A stretch of DNA of 64,000 nt from Clostridia bacterium. Lineage in GTDB: Bacteria; Bacillota; Clostridia; Christensenellales; UBA3700. Both the position numbers and the translations under genes were made by a program. Each line of letters starts with the position of its first letter. Position 1 is the first letter of the stretch. The notes beneath the pieces were generated by a model, which searched no databases, had not been told where the DNA came from, and saw nothing but the letters and a program-made list of their open reading frames with translations. The DNA is taken from positions 32,786 through 96,785 of the forward strand of contig JAIDUV010000024.1 of NCBI GenBank assembly GCA_029060025.1, read 5' to 3'. Below, piece after piece: positions 1 to 9,358 of this stretch.

Positions 1-2408
1 TCAAAGAGTCCGAAATTAGCGTCGCTTCCGCTCTCTGCAATAATCGTATTTACCTCTTCGCACTTCTTCTCGTACTGCTCGGTAGCAACTGCCATTATGC
101 TCTTGACAAGTCCCTCTATCGAGTTGTCGTCAAGGTCAAGTATATAATCCGACGATAGAAGATTTGTACCATTCTCAAGTACGCAATCCTCGAGTTCTTT
201 GTTGAATCCCTCGTAATTCCATTGACGGTGATCCTCTTTGTAATCGACGTATGCATTGCATATCGAGGTCACCACCGCTTCCATCATAGCAATGATTTGT
301 TGGTGCACGTCCATATCGTCAAGCACTATATTACGCTGTTCGTAAATGATTGCTCTTTGGGTATTCATTACGTCGTCGTAACCTAGCACGTGTTTACGCA
401 CGGAGAAGTTGCGGTCTTCCACTCTCGCCTGCAACGACTCAAACTGTCTCGTGATTATCTTGCTGACGATAGGAGTATCATCGTCCATATCCAACTTCTC
501 TACTATCCATTTCATTTGATCCCCGCCAAAGGCTTTGACCATATCGTCTTCCATAGACAGATAGAATACCGAAGATCCCGGATCGCCTTGACGGCCGCTT
601 CGACCGCGCAACTGATTGTCAATACGACGAGCCTCGTTGCGTTCGGTACCTATGATTCTCAATCCGCCCAACGCTACTACCTCTTGCTTTTCGGCATTGG
701 TATCCTTAGCAAATACGTCGTAATGCTTTTTGTATTCCGCTCTTGCTTTCAAAATCTCCTCGTCGTCGGTGTTGGCAAAAGACGTTGCCCACTCGATAAT
801 TTCGTGAGGATATCCCAACTTCTCAAGTTTTTGCTTAGCAAGGTGCTCTGGGTTGCCACCAAGAAGAATATCGGTACCGCGTCCCGCCATATTTGTGGCA
901 ATAGTCACTGCTTTTTTCTTGCCCGCCTGCGCAATTATCTCTGCTTCTTTTTCGTGATTTTTTGCATTGAGTACGTTGTGCTTGATACCTCTCTTATTGA
1001 GTATTCTCGACAACTCTTCTGACTTCTCGACGCTTATCGTACCCACAAGCACAGGCTGTTCTCTGTCGTAGCAAGACTTGATATCATTCAATATTGCGTT
1101 ATATTTGCCCGCCTTGTTTTTGAACAACTGATCTGGCTCGTCGATACGCAAAATAGGCTTATTGGTAGGTATTACGACGACGTCAAGTCCGTATATTGAC
1201 TCAAATTCGTTTTCTTCAGTCTTTGCCGTACCTGTCATACCCGACAGTCTCTTATAGAGTCGGAAAAAGTTTTGGAAAGTGATCGTAGCCATTGTCTTGT
1301 CTTCCGACTTGATAGGTACGCCCTCCTTTGCCTCGATTGCTTGGTGAAGTCCGTCGCTAAAGCGTCTGCCTATCATCTGTCTGCCTGTAAATTCGTCAAT
1401 AATGATTACTTCTTTATCAACGACGATATAATTGACGCCTTCTTGCATAATAAAGTTGGCTTTGAGCGCATTGTCTATATAATGCTTTAAAGACTGATTT
1501 TCATAATCAGATAGATTTTCTATACCGTAATACTGCTCTGCTTTTTGCGCGCCAAATTCATTGAGAAATACCGATTTTTCTTTTTCGCCTATTTCAAAGT
1601 CTGCTTGATACGACGGTTTTTCCTCTTCTTGACCTTCATCGTCGTCTTCTTGGACTTCCTCTTCTTTTGGAGGCAAAAGCGTCTTGACAAACCTATCCGC
1701 TCTCAAGTATTCGTCGCTAGGCTTACCGCCGCGACCGCTGATAATAAGCGGAGTTCTCGCTTCGTCGACCAATATACTGTCCACCTCGTCGACAATTGCA
1801 AAGTCCAATTCTCTCTGCACTTTGCGGCTCTTGTCCTTGACCATATTGTCACGCAAATAGTCAAATCCAAGTTCGTTGTTGGTAGAATACATAATATCGC
1901 AATTATACGCCTTGACCTTGTCTTCGTGAGACATACGCGCATAATTCACGCCTACGGTAAGTCCGAGAAATTTGTATATCTTGCCCATCCACTCAGCGTC
2001 GCGCTTTGCAAGATAATCGTTGACGGTGACGACGTGAACGCCCTTCTTGTCAATGGCTTTGAGATAAGCCGCCAACGTCGCGACCAAAGTCTTACCTTCA
2101 CCAGTACGCATCTCGGCAATTCTGCCTTGATAAAGCACCACGCCGCCAATAAGTTGAACGCGGAAGTGCCTCATTCCCAGCACTCTAGCGCTTGCTTCTC
2201 TCACAGTGGCAAACGCCTCCGGCAACAACGCATCAAGGCTTTCGCCTGCCTGACGTCTTTCGACGTAACTTTGAGTACAAGCCTTGAGTTCTTCGTCGGT
2301 CATAGCCTTGAATTTGTCTTCTAAAGCCTCTATTTTGTCTACTATCTTGTTGATTTTTTTGAGTTCTCTGTCATTATGGCTGGGAAAAATTTTTCCAAGT
2401 AGTCCCAT
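1..2408 (-). CDS. secA: Preprotein translocase ATPase SecA, first ~802 codons; the 3' end lies beyond position 1
   Basis: Absent from the ORF track because there is no stop in the window. Manual minus-strand translation from the ATG at 2408 gives MGLLGKIFPSHNDRELKKINK...FRVQLIGGVVLYQGRIAEMRTGEGKTLVATLAAYLKA...VTVNDYLAKRDAEWMG...DEVDSILVDEARTPLIISG, which are SecA motor-domain signatures. The frame must stay open to the edge, otherwise a stop-bounded ORF would have been listed. Confidence 0.93.
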   Translation of the reverse strand, partial: MGLLGKIFPSHNDRELKKINKIVDKIEALEDKFKAMTDEELKACTQSYVERRQAGESLDALLPEAFATVREASARVLGMRHFRVQLIGGVVLYQGRIAEMRTGEGKTLVATLAAYLKAIDKKGVHVVTVNDYLAKRDAEWMGKIYKFLGLTVGVNYARMSHEDKVKAYNCDIMYSTNNELGFDYLRDNMVKDKSRKVQRELDFAIVDEVDSILVDEARTPLIISGRGGKPSDEYLRADRFVKTLLPPKEEEVQEDDDEGQEEEKPSYQADFEIGEKEKSVFLNEFGAQKAEQYYGIENLSDYENQSLKHYIDNALKANFIMQEGVNYIVVDKEVIIIDEFTGRQMIGRRFSDGLHQAIEAKEGVPIKSEDKTMATITFQNFFRLYKRLSGMTGTAKTEENEFESIYGLDVVVIPTNKPILRIDEPDQLFKNKAGKYNAILNDIKSCYDREQPVLVGTISVEKSEELSRILNKRGIKHNVLNAKNHEKEAEIIAQAGKKKAVTIATNMAGRGTDILLGGNPEHLAKQKLEKLGYPHEIIEWATSFANTDDEEILKARAEYKKHYDVFAKDTNAEKQEVVALGGLRIIGTERNEARRIDNQLRGRSGRQGDPGSSVFYLSMEDDMVKAFGGDQMKWIVEKLDMDDDTPIVSKIITRQFESLQARVEDRNFSVRKHVLGYDDVMNTQRAIIYEQRNIVLDDMDVHQQIIAMMEAVVTSICNAYVDYKEDHRQWNYEGFNKELEDCVLENGTNLLSSDYILDLDDNSIEGLVKSIMAVATEQYEKKCEEVNTIIAESGSDANFGLF

Positions 2409-2627
2409 TTTGCACCTACCTTTGGCATATTCTGTAAATAATATTATCATATATTTATTAAATAAGTCAACGTATGAACAGCCCTGAGCAAATAACTATA
2501 GAAAATTTTAAGTAAAAAATGTCGAAAAAACATTTAAGTATGAAAGCGTTTTACTATGAAACAACATCATTTCACCCGAAACGCAATGCGCAGTGGCATA
2601 TGACATATTATAGCGCGAGCGTCAATG

Positions 2628-2655
2628 ACAAAAGGCGGGAATAATTCCCGCCTTT
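2628..2655 (-). terminator. Rho-independent terminator after the 1882-aa gene
   Basis: Perfect palindrome aaaggcgggaat/aattcccgccttt. On the minus strand it is followed by TTTTG, 18 nt past the stop at 2673. Confidence 0.8.
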
Positions 2656-2672
2656 ACCTTTATGCTTTGCCC

Positions 2673-5600
2673 TTACTTCTTATTTCTCATAGCGCGTTGC
2701 TCTTTGAGAAGTTCTTGGTAACGCTCTATTTGGTCTTCCCTAAGGTCTATCATATTCTTTGCTGCCTTGCAAGCCTGCGCATCAGATACCACGACTTCTG
2801 TCTCCTTGACCTTTATCTTCGTTCCGTCGTTCGTTGCGTCCTTGCGTATATCTTTCATATACTCGTCTTCCATCTTGAGTAACGCTACCGTCGTGTCTTT
2901 CTTTATCGTAAGTTTGACCAACGGATTTACTGATGACTGTCCTAAGAGTATGAAATACGTCGACTTCTTCTCTTTGCACTTGTCTTTCGTCAATGCGTAT
3001 GCTCTCAATTCGTCAAAATACTTTTTCTGTTGCTTGGAGAGCAATGCGTATGCCTCGTCGAGTGTAAGTCTAGGAGCCTTTTCTACCTTTGGCTTTGCAG
3101 GAGCGGTTACTTTGACCTCTTTCTCCACTACCTTCTCAACCACTTTTTCTACAGGTACTTTGACTATCTTCTCGACCGGTACTTCTACTCGCACTTCCTT
3201 CTCGACGATTTTCTCAACCTCGACAGGAACTTCTACCTTGACTTCTTTCTCAACTACTTTTTCTACTTCGACCGGTACCTCTACTATTTTCTCTACAGGC
3301 ACTTCCACAACTTTTTCCACAATCTTCTCGACAGGTACTTCTTTCTCGATTACCTTTTCTACTACTTGAGATTGAGCGTTTTGATTAGCCGACAACTCCA
3401 AGATCTTTTCCATAAGTTTTTCTTGGTTGTGCATCAAGTTTTCTTGCGTCTTCATCATCTGCTTTATAGTCTCGTCGTTGGCAAGCGTTGCTACGACTTC
3501 TTTCTCTACGACTCGCTCTGACGGTTGCTTTGCAAGTTTTTTTATCAAATCTTGCATCGCTTCTTCATTCTTTTGTGACTTTGCCATCATCTTTTCATTT
3601 TGATCTATAAGTTTTTGCACGAGTTCGTCATTAGTCGACGCCTGTTGAGGCAACATCTGTTGCATACCAGGTAAGAGCGCAGTCACAGTCTCGGATATAA
3701 GCCCTCGCACTTCCTCCATACCTAATGCAGGCTGTTGGGCATATACATATCCTTGTCCTTGTGACATTCCGCCATTGTTGCCAATACCCATAAACATCAT
3801 TCGCAGATTTTCTTCTTTCTTTTCTTCCTTCTTCTGCTGATACTCTTCAAATATCTCTTCGTATTCTTCCTCTGCCTTGTTACATCTGCTCTTGGCTATT
3901 ATCATTATCACCAGACTTGCCACTGCCAAGCCCATCAGTACGCACGCTATTGCCGTCCAACCTGTAATTGCTAAGCCTAAGAACGCCCCTGCGTAGACTG
4001 TCGTCTCCAACTTATCGGCTTTCTTCTTGTACTTCTTGCGCTTGCTCTCATAGCCCGCCGTCTTGGATAAGAATATTATTATCAATATTATAGATATAAT
4101 ACTTGCTATAATCTGCCACAACGGTATCTCTTTAAGTTTGGCAAGTATCTCGTCCAGTGTTCCGCCACCGCCATTGTTACCGCTACTCGGGTCATTGCCG
4201 CTTGGCGTGTTGGCTCCCGGATTGTTTATATCCTCGTCTTCGTCTTCCTGCGGATAATGCGTATTATTCGGGTCGTTGGGGTCTTGCAAGTTTGGTATAT
4301 CTTCTGCTCTCAACTCAAACTCTTCCCACGCCGTCTCGTACGTGCCGTCTGTAAATGAATAGTTGTTGCGCATATCCTCTTTTATTACTGCCTTAATCTG
4401 GTACTTATTTCCTGCGCTCAATTGGCTGTAATCTACCGGGTTGCCTTGCGCGTCAACTATCTCGTACTCTATTCCGTCTATCTGTCCATACTTCAAATTG
4501 AGTACGTACGGCTTTGCGTCTTTATTCCATTCTTTCTTTATCGTTGCCGCTATTATCTCAAACGTATATTGCGTCGTTCCGCTCAATACTACGCTTGTCT
4601 TGTTGGACGTAATTACTACCAAGTAATTTCCTCTCTCCGTTGGCGCGCCTTCCAACTTGTGCGCCTCGTCGGCTATATCTCCGCTGTAGTACGTCAACGT
4701 CAAGTCCTTCAACGTTGCTCCGCTGCTTATATTGAGTTTTACGTTTCTCGGCTTGCCATTGTACTCTATCTTATTGCTTGCTAGGCTTACCGTTACTGAC
4801 GACGCTCCGCCACCTACCGAGAAGAACGGTGAATACAATCCTTCTTCTGTCACTCCGGCTGGGAACGTATAGTTATCTGCGTCTGTAAGTCTTGGATATG
4901 CCTTATACCACTTACGTGTAGTGACCGAATACTCTATCTCTTCCAACTCTTTTGGAGTTGAGCCTGCCAAGATATTTCCGTTGCTGTCTGTCTCGTAGTA
5001 TACGTACTCTACTAAGTCCTCTGCCAATGGGTCGCTAAGTTTGGGTATACCAAAGGTATTTCCGTCATTATCCGTGTAATCTTCTGTTGTCCACTCTAAT
5101 GCTATCTCTGCCTTGACTACTTCCCATTGCTTCGTCCACTCAAAGTCTCCGCTTCCAGTGAACGTATAGTTGACTCCCTTGCCACCTTGCGCCGGCTTCT
5201 CATAGTTAGCCATATACTCGTCTGCCAATTCAAACGTAACTGTTGCAGTTGAGTTGTCTCCCACCTTTATTCCGTCGTTGTTGTTATACTTTGCCATCAA
5301 GCCTTCCGGCACGTTCTCCAATACTGCATATACAGTGTCTCCAGTATACTGTAACTTACCGTCTCCTACCCACTTGACGTTGCTTAAATCGAACTTGGCT
5401 TTGCTTATTGTCCAAGTCACGGTGAATATGACCGGAGTATTCTCTCCATTCTTCTTCATTGCAACTTGCGTGGTATATGTTCCTGCATCTGTTGCAACGG
5501 TGTTCTTATATCCACCTGCAAAGCCGTCGGCATTATACGTAGTGTCTACTGCATAGTCGTTGGCTCTTGCCGTTACGCTTATCTCCAAGCCATTGTATTC

Positions 5601-8321
5601 TATTGGTATGAGATACTCGTCTGTTAGGTCTGACGTAGACTGATTATATATGCCTACTTCCTTGCCGTCTCTGGTAAACGTCCATCTTAGACTATTCTCC
5701 GTGCCTACAGAGTTGACTGTCAATGTGACTGGCGCATTGCCTAGTGCTATATCGTAATTTGCGTTGGCATTATTGCTACCCGACGGCACAAACTCCAGTA
5801 CCCATCCTGTTGCCGCTAAGTCTTGCGTCTCTAAATCTATATTCAGCGGGAACGTCGTATTCTTGTCTATTTGAAGATTGCTATACACTGTCCTACGTAT
5901 TGTGCTTAGACTGCTCATTACCGCTACTATATCCAAATTGATTACGTCGTCTAAGCAGACTTTCTGCATACTGTCTATGCTGACAGATACTTTATCTCCT
6001 TTCGTAACTTCTATATTAGCGCTTCCGTTTGACTTGATATCCAAAGACATTGACGCTTGCTTTACCTCAAATTCAAGTCTCTTCTCGTCAGTGTCTCGCG
6101 TAGACCACATTACTGTGCCATCCGTCTTGTGTATGTTGAGATCAAGCCAATACTTACCTGCATTGGTGACTTTTATCTCTCCGTCTGCATACTTGACTTT
6201 ATCCTTAAATTCGTCTGGGACTGTTATGTCTATCTCCCCTATATCCGTCTCATTAACAAATTGTATATAGTACTGCTGTTCCGTGCCGTTATACGTAGGT
6301 ACTCCTGTGTCCAATATGGTAGGCTTGCCGAGATACTGTACGTTGTACGTCCTAGACAAGACGTAGTTATTGCTTACAGACGCATCTATCTCTACGGTTG
6401 CTACGTAGATATCCGTAGACGTCGGCGGAACGAAAGCGTCGTAGCCCTTTGCCGTATATCTAATCTTAAGTATACTGTTTGCCAAAGCGCTATCTCTTGA
6501 ACATAAGTTGGTAGGGGTAGCCGTAGGCGGAGTTGTACTTGGATCGAAATTGACATTTAGCACTTTTGGACTGATAGTAAAAGTTATATCTTGCGACATC
6601 TTTCCATTTGCCCAAACGTATTCTTCATTTTGGATAGTAAGGCGCACTTTATACTCGCCTTGCTCTATTGGCCTAGGAGTTGAAAGCGTTCCGCCACTTG
6701 AAGTGAAGTACTCAATGTTTACGTTGGCATAGTCTGCCGCAAATAAAAGACTGTTATACCAATTACTCGTGCCCTTTGCGTTGATAAAATCTTGTTGTTC
6801 GCCGTTGTAGGTAGAAGTGATGTCAGTAGGAGTTGACAATTTTAAATCCATATAGTTTCGTACCGGCGAATTGTCGGGATCGTATGTTCCGCCTATATTT
6901 GTAGTATCCCAAACTCTTGAATATGGAGATGCTCCGAAAAACGACCTTGCATAACCAAGCATTTCATTACTTGTCGAATATTCAGTAGGCTCGTTAGCAA
7001 TTCCATCTAAGCCAGGCGACACACCGGCAGCACTAACTGTAGCGTGTCCATTAGGAGATTTTACGTTGTTAATATTTTTTATACTGCCACCAGAGGAAGT
7101 AAATTTAACAACAGCATTTAAAGATTGCATAGTATTGCGATAATTACCTTCAACGTAAGCGTTAGCGAATTGAAGATTGGTTCCTCTTATACCCGCCATA
7201 GCGCTAGACGCATTAGTACCAGTCATACTGACATCGATTTTACCAACAACGTTCTCAATTCTAAATATCTCTGTCGCAGATTCTGACCACCCAAATATTG
7301 AAGAGCCAAAGGTTCCTCCGGTAGTACCGCTATCAATATCTATATTGCTAGCGCAATCAAGTATTGTTATTGCGGAATAACTTTGCCCTAATATACCTGC
7401 AACAAAATAAGATGTTGTAGATTGTGCCGTCACAGAAAATTCAGAAGAGCAGCGATAAATATAAATAATTTTATTGTTTCCACTTGCGGTATGTGTTCCC
7501 ACAATACCACCATTTGCACTTTGCGTCGTAAACTTAATGATTGAATAAAATTCTCCACTTGAGTGACAATTTAGTATAAAATTATTGCCAAAAGAAACCC
7601 CCAATATACCGCCCACATAAGGTCCATAAGATGTAGTACTTACACCGTTAACGCTTGTTTGAGGAATATTTCTATAACTATAATTTTCGTTAATTAAATC
7701 TGTAATCGTAGCATTAGTTGCGCTACAAAAAACTCCAAAACCTGAATTCGTTTGTCCAGAAGTTCCTATCGTTACATAATTTGTGCCATTCCAATATTGC
7801 CAATCACTGCAATTTATATTGAGCAATTTATGTCCCATTCCAAAAAAATTACCTCCAAATCTCCCAACCGGATGGAATGTTTTGCCATTAAAATCCAAAT
7901 CATTTGCTAATACAAAATATTTGTTTACGCTTTTTGTTAAATCGGTACCGCAAAATTCTACAAAGGTATCCCATTCATCCGTATTTGAAATTACATATGG
8001 ATTTTCCTTATCCCCTCGATTTGTGCTCGTTTTAGCAACAATCTGATACGATAAATCGTCTAAAACGCTAGAACTACCAGCACGATAATCTTCAATTAAA
8101 TCCTTATTTGTGTAAACGTATAAATAACCGTCACTAAACTCGCCTAAGCCGTCGCTTTGATTAGTGGTAATCGTCATTGCTGTATTATCTATAGATCTTT
8201 CTTCCAACGTATCGGGCAATGATATGCCGAACGGTAAACAAGCGCTTATAGATCCTATAAAGATACAAATAGATATAATAAGTATTGCGTATTTCAAATA
8301 CATTCTTTTTGCTAAATTCAT
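2673..8321 (-). CDS. Large surface lipoprotein/adhesin: GLUG-motif-like repeats, many Ig-like repeats, membrane anchor, long C-terminal tail
   Basis: 1882-aa ORF. Signal peptide with an ISAC lipobox. Repeats of the form GGILGvs...ILNC and VAGILGQS...ILDC (GLUG-like). Recurring Y(N/T)G(x)xQ Ig-type modules. Hydrophobic helices IPLWQIIASIISIILIIIFLS and AFLGLAITGWTAIACVLMGLAVASLVIMIIA are followed by ~470 aa of charged sequence. Confidence 0.9.
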   Translation of the reverse strand: MNLAKRMYLKYAILIISICIFIGSISACLPFGISLPDTLEERSIDNTAMTITTNQSDGLGEFSDGYLYVYTNKDLIEDYRAGSSSVLDDLSYQIVAKTSTNRGDKENPYVISNTDEWDTFVEFCGTDLTKSVNKYFVLANDLDFNGKTFHPVGRFGGNFFGMGHKLLNINCSDWQYWNGTNYVTIGTSGQTNSGFGVFCSATNATITDLINENYSYRNIPQTSVNGVSTTSYGPYVGGILGVSFGNNFILNCHSSGEFYSIIKFTTQSANGGIVGTHTASGNNKIIYIYRCSSEFSVTAQSTTSYFVAGILGQSYSAITILDCASNIDIDSGTTGGTFGSSIFGWSESATEIFRIENVVGKIDVSMTGTNASSAMAGIRGTNLQFANAYVEGNYRNTMQSLNAVVKFTSSGGSIKNINNVKSPNGHATVSAAGVSPGLDGIANEPTEYSTSNEMLGYARSFFGASPYSRVWDTTNIGGTYDPDNSPVRNYMDLKLSTPTDITSTYNGEQQDFINAKGTSNWYNSLLFAADYANVNIEYFTSSGGTLSTPRPIEQGEYKVRLTIQNEEYVWANGKMSQDITFTISPKVLNVNFDPSTTPPTATPTNLCSRDSALANSILKIRYTAKGYDAFVPPTSTDIYVATVEIDASVSNNYVLSRTYNVQYLGKPTILDTGVPTYNGTEQQYYIQFVNETDIGEIDITVPDEFKDKVKYADGEIKVTNAGKYWLDLNIHKTDGTVMWSTRDTDEKRLEFEVKQASMSLDIKSNGSANIEVTKGDKVSVSIDSMQKVCLDDVINLDIVAVMSSLSTIRRTVYSNLQIDKNTTFPLNIDLETQDLAATGWVLEFVPSGSNNANANYDIALGNAPVTLTVNSVGTENSLRWTFTRDGKEVGIYNQSTSDLTDEYLIPIEYNGLEISVTARANDYAVDTTYNADGFAGGYKNTVATDAGTYTTQVAMKKNGENTPVIFTVTWTISKAKFDLSNVKWVGDGKLQYTGDTVYAVLENVPEGLMAKYNNNDGIKVGDNSTATVTFELADEYMANYEKPAQGGKGVNYTFTGSGDFEWTKQWEVVKAEIALEWTTEDYTDNDGNTFGIPKLSDPLAEDLVEYVYYETDSNGNILAGSTPKELEEIEYSVTTRKWYKAYPRLTDADNYTFPAGVTEEGLYSPFFSVGGGASSVTVSLASNKIEYNGKPRNVKLNISSGATLKDLTLTYYSGDIADEAHKLEGAPTERGNYLVVITSNKTSVVLSGTTQYTFEIIAATIKKEWNKDAKPYVLNLKYGQIDGIEYEIVDAQGNPVDYSQLSAGNKYQIKAVIKEDMRNNYSFTDGTYETAWEEFELRAEDIPNLQDPNDPNNTHYPQEDEDEDINNPGANTPSGNDPSSGNNGGGGTLDEILAKLKEIPLWQIIASIISIILIIIFLSKTAGYESKRKKYKKKADKLETTVYAGAFLGLAITGWTAIACVLMGLAVASLVIMIIAKSRCNKAEEEYEEIFEEYQQKKEEKKEENLRMMFMGIGNNGGMSQGQGYVYAQQPALGMEEVRGLISETVTALLPGMQQMLPQQASTNDELVQKLIDQNEKMMAKSQKNEEAMQDLIKKLAKQPSERVVEKEVVATLANDETIKQMMKTQENLMHNQEKLMEKILELSANQNAQSQVVEKVIEKEVPVEKIVEKVVEVPVEKIVEVPVEVEKVVEKEVKVEVPVEVEKIVEKEVRVEVPVEKIVKVPVEKVVEKVVEKEVKVTAPAKPKVEKAPRLTLDEAYALLSKQQKKYFDELRAYALTKDKCKEKKSTYFILLGQSSVNPLVKLTIKKDTTVALLKMEDEYMKDIRKDATNDGTKIKVKETEVVVSDAQACKAAKNMIDLREDQIERYQELLKEQRAMRNKK
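3085..3370 (-). repeat. In-frame degenerate tandem coding repeat (VEK[VI]VE[KV]PVE units) inside the 1882-aa gene
   Basis: Protein segment VEKVIEKEVPVEKIVEKVVEVPVEKIVEVPVEVEKVVEKEVKVEVPVEVEKIVEKEVRVEVPVEKIVKVPVEKVVEKVVEKEVKV. At the DNA level the + strand shows repeated ttctc(g/a)ac / ctttttc units. Confidence 0.85.
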
Positions 8322-8620
8322 TGTTCTTCCTCTCTTAAGTACAATTTATTTGAATTAGATTTCTCCATTTCGCTTTGCTCCAGTCGAAATGACATTATAA
8401 AATATCAATTTGACAAAAGCGTTTGTTGGGGCTTGTGGGAATCGCAACCCCCAACTCTTTTGTTTCTTTTCTTGACAAGAAAAGAAAGCACTTTCTCACT
8501 GTGAATTATACTTTTCTATTGCTCCTTTCGCAGTAGTTATAGAATTTTCTATACCCAAGGTTCTTCTATACCAAAATTTGTATGTTTTTTATGTATTTTA
8601 CAAACTTTGTTTTATAGTCG

Positions 8621-8748
8621 AAATTCCAAAAAAGGTATACTTTTACTGACCCAAATTATTGCAAAATTATTGTGTGCGAAGTATAATGTAATTGAAAAAA
8701 TACGCCTTTTCACAGGCAGTCAGTAAAAGTATACTTTTTTTGGAATTT
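8621..8748. repeat. 30-bp inverted repeat (29/30 match) flanking a 68-bp core that contains a consensus promoter
   Basis: The left arm is aaattccaaaaaaggtatacttttactgac (8621-8650). The right arm is gtcagtaaaagtatactttttttggaattt (8719-8748), whose reverse complement differs at one base. Confidence 0.9.
8659..8687 (+). promoter_or_regulatory. Sigma-70-type promoter facing the yfcE-like gene and typA
   Basis: TTGCAA (8659-8664), exactly 17 nt of spacer, TATAAT (8682-8687). Confidence 0.6.
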
Positions 8749-8868
8749 TAAAATTTTTTATAAATTTTATTTAAAATTAGAAAAATATTTTCAATAGACT
8801 TTATATTATTATATATTTATTAAACCATTTATTTGACAATATTACTCAAAAAGAGTACCTTTATAAAT

Positions 8869-9330
8869 ATGAAAAATATTATAGTTATTTCCGATACGCA
8901 CGGAAGACTCCCCGACAATGAGATTTTGTGGGAAGCCTTTGACAACGCCGACTTTATATTTCACTTGGGCGACGGAGCAAAAGAAATAGAAAAACTCAAG
9001 AGCGCCTACCCCGGCAAAGTACGATTTGTCTATGGCAATTGGGATGGAATAACAAATCAATGCGAAGAAGTCGTGGAAATAGAGGGCGTAAAGTTTTTTC
9101 TCACGCACGGACATAATTATAAAGTCAAGTCTTCGGATTTGAATTTGCAGATGAAAGGCTTGGAACTTGGCGCAGACTGCTGTCTTTACGGACACGTGCA
9201 CAGACCGCAGATAACCCAATACGGCAATCTCAAACTAATAAATCCCGGTTCGCTGACCTACTCAAAGACGTATTGCTATATGAGTGTCGTAAACGGCAAG
9301 GTATTGGCAAAGATAGTCGAGTTGAGATAA
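8869..9330 (+). CDS. YfcE/MJ0936-family metallophosphoesterase
   Basis: Motifs ISDTHG, HLGDG, LTHGH and GHVH. I prefer the ATG at 8869 (MKNIIVISDTHG) over the TTG at 8833 given in the ORF track. Confidence 0.85.
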   Translation: MKNIIVISDTHGRLPDNEILWEAFDNADFIFHLGDGAKEIEKLKSAYPGKVRFVYGNWDGITNQCEEVVEIEGVKFFLTHGHNYKVKSSDLNLQMKGLELGADCCLYGHVHRPQITQYGNLKLINPGSLTYSKTYCYMSVVNGKVLAKIVELR

Positions 9331-9358
9331 ATAAGAAATAAATTTTAAGGTATATAAT

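Noticed and set aside
390-2324. Plus-strand ORFs 390-1022, 1272-1490 and 1545-2324 (up to 259 aa)
   Set aside because: They are antisense to an unmistakable SecA reading frame, and their translations are low-complexity with no motifs. The real gene was missed by the track only because it has no stop codon in the window.
2767-3521. Plus-strand ORFs 2767-3369 and 3030-3521 with S/T/F-rich or Y/F/L-rich repeats
   Set aside because: They are the antisense reading of the VEKxVE tandem repeat inside the 1882-aa gene. The repeat keeps all frames open.
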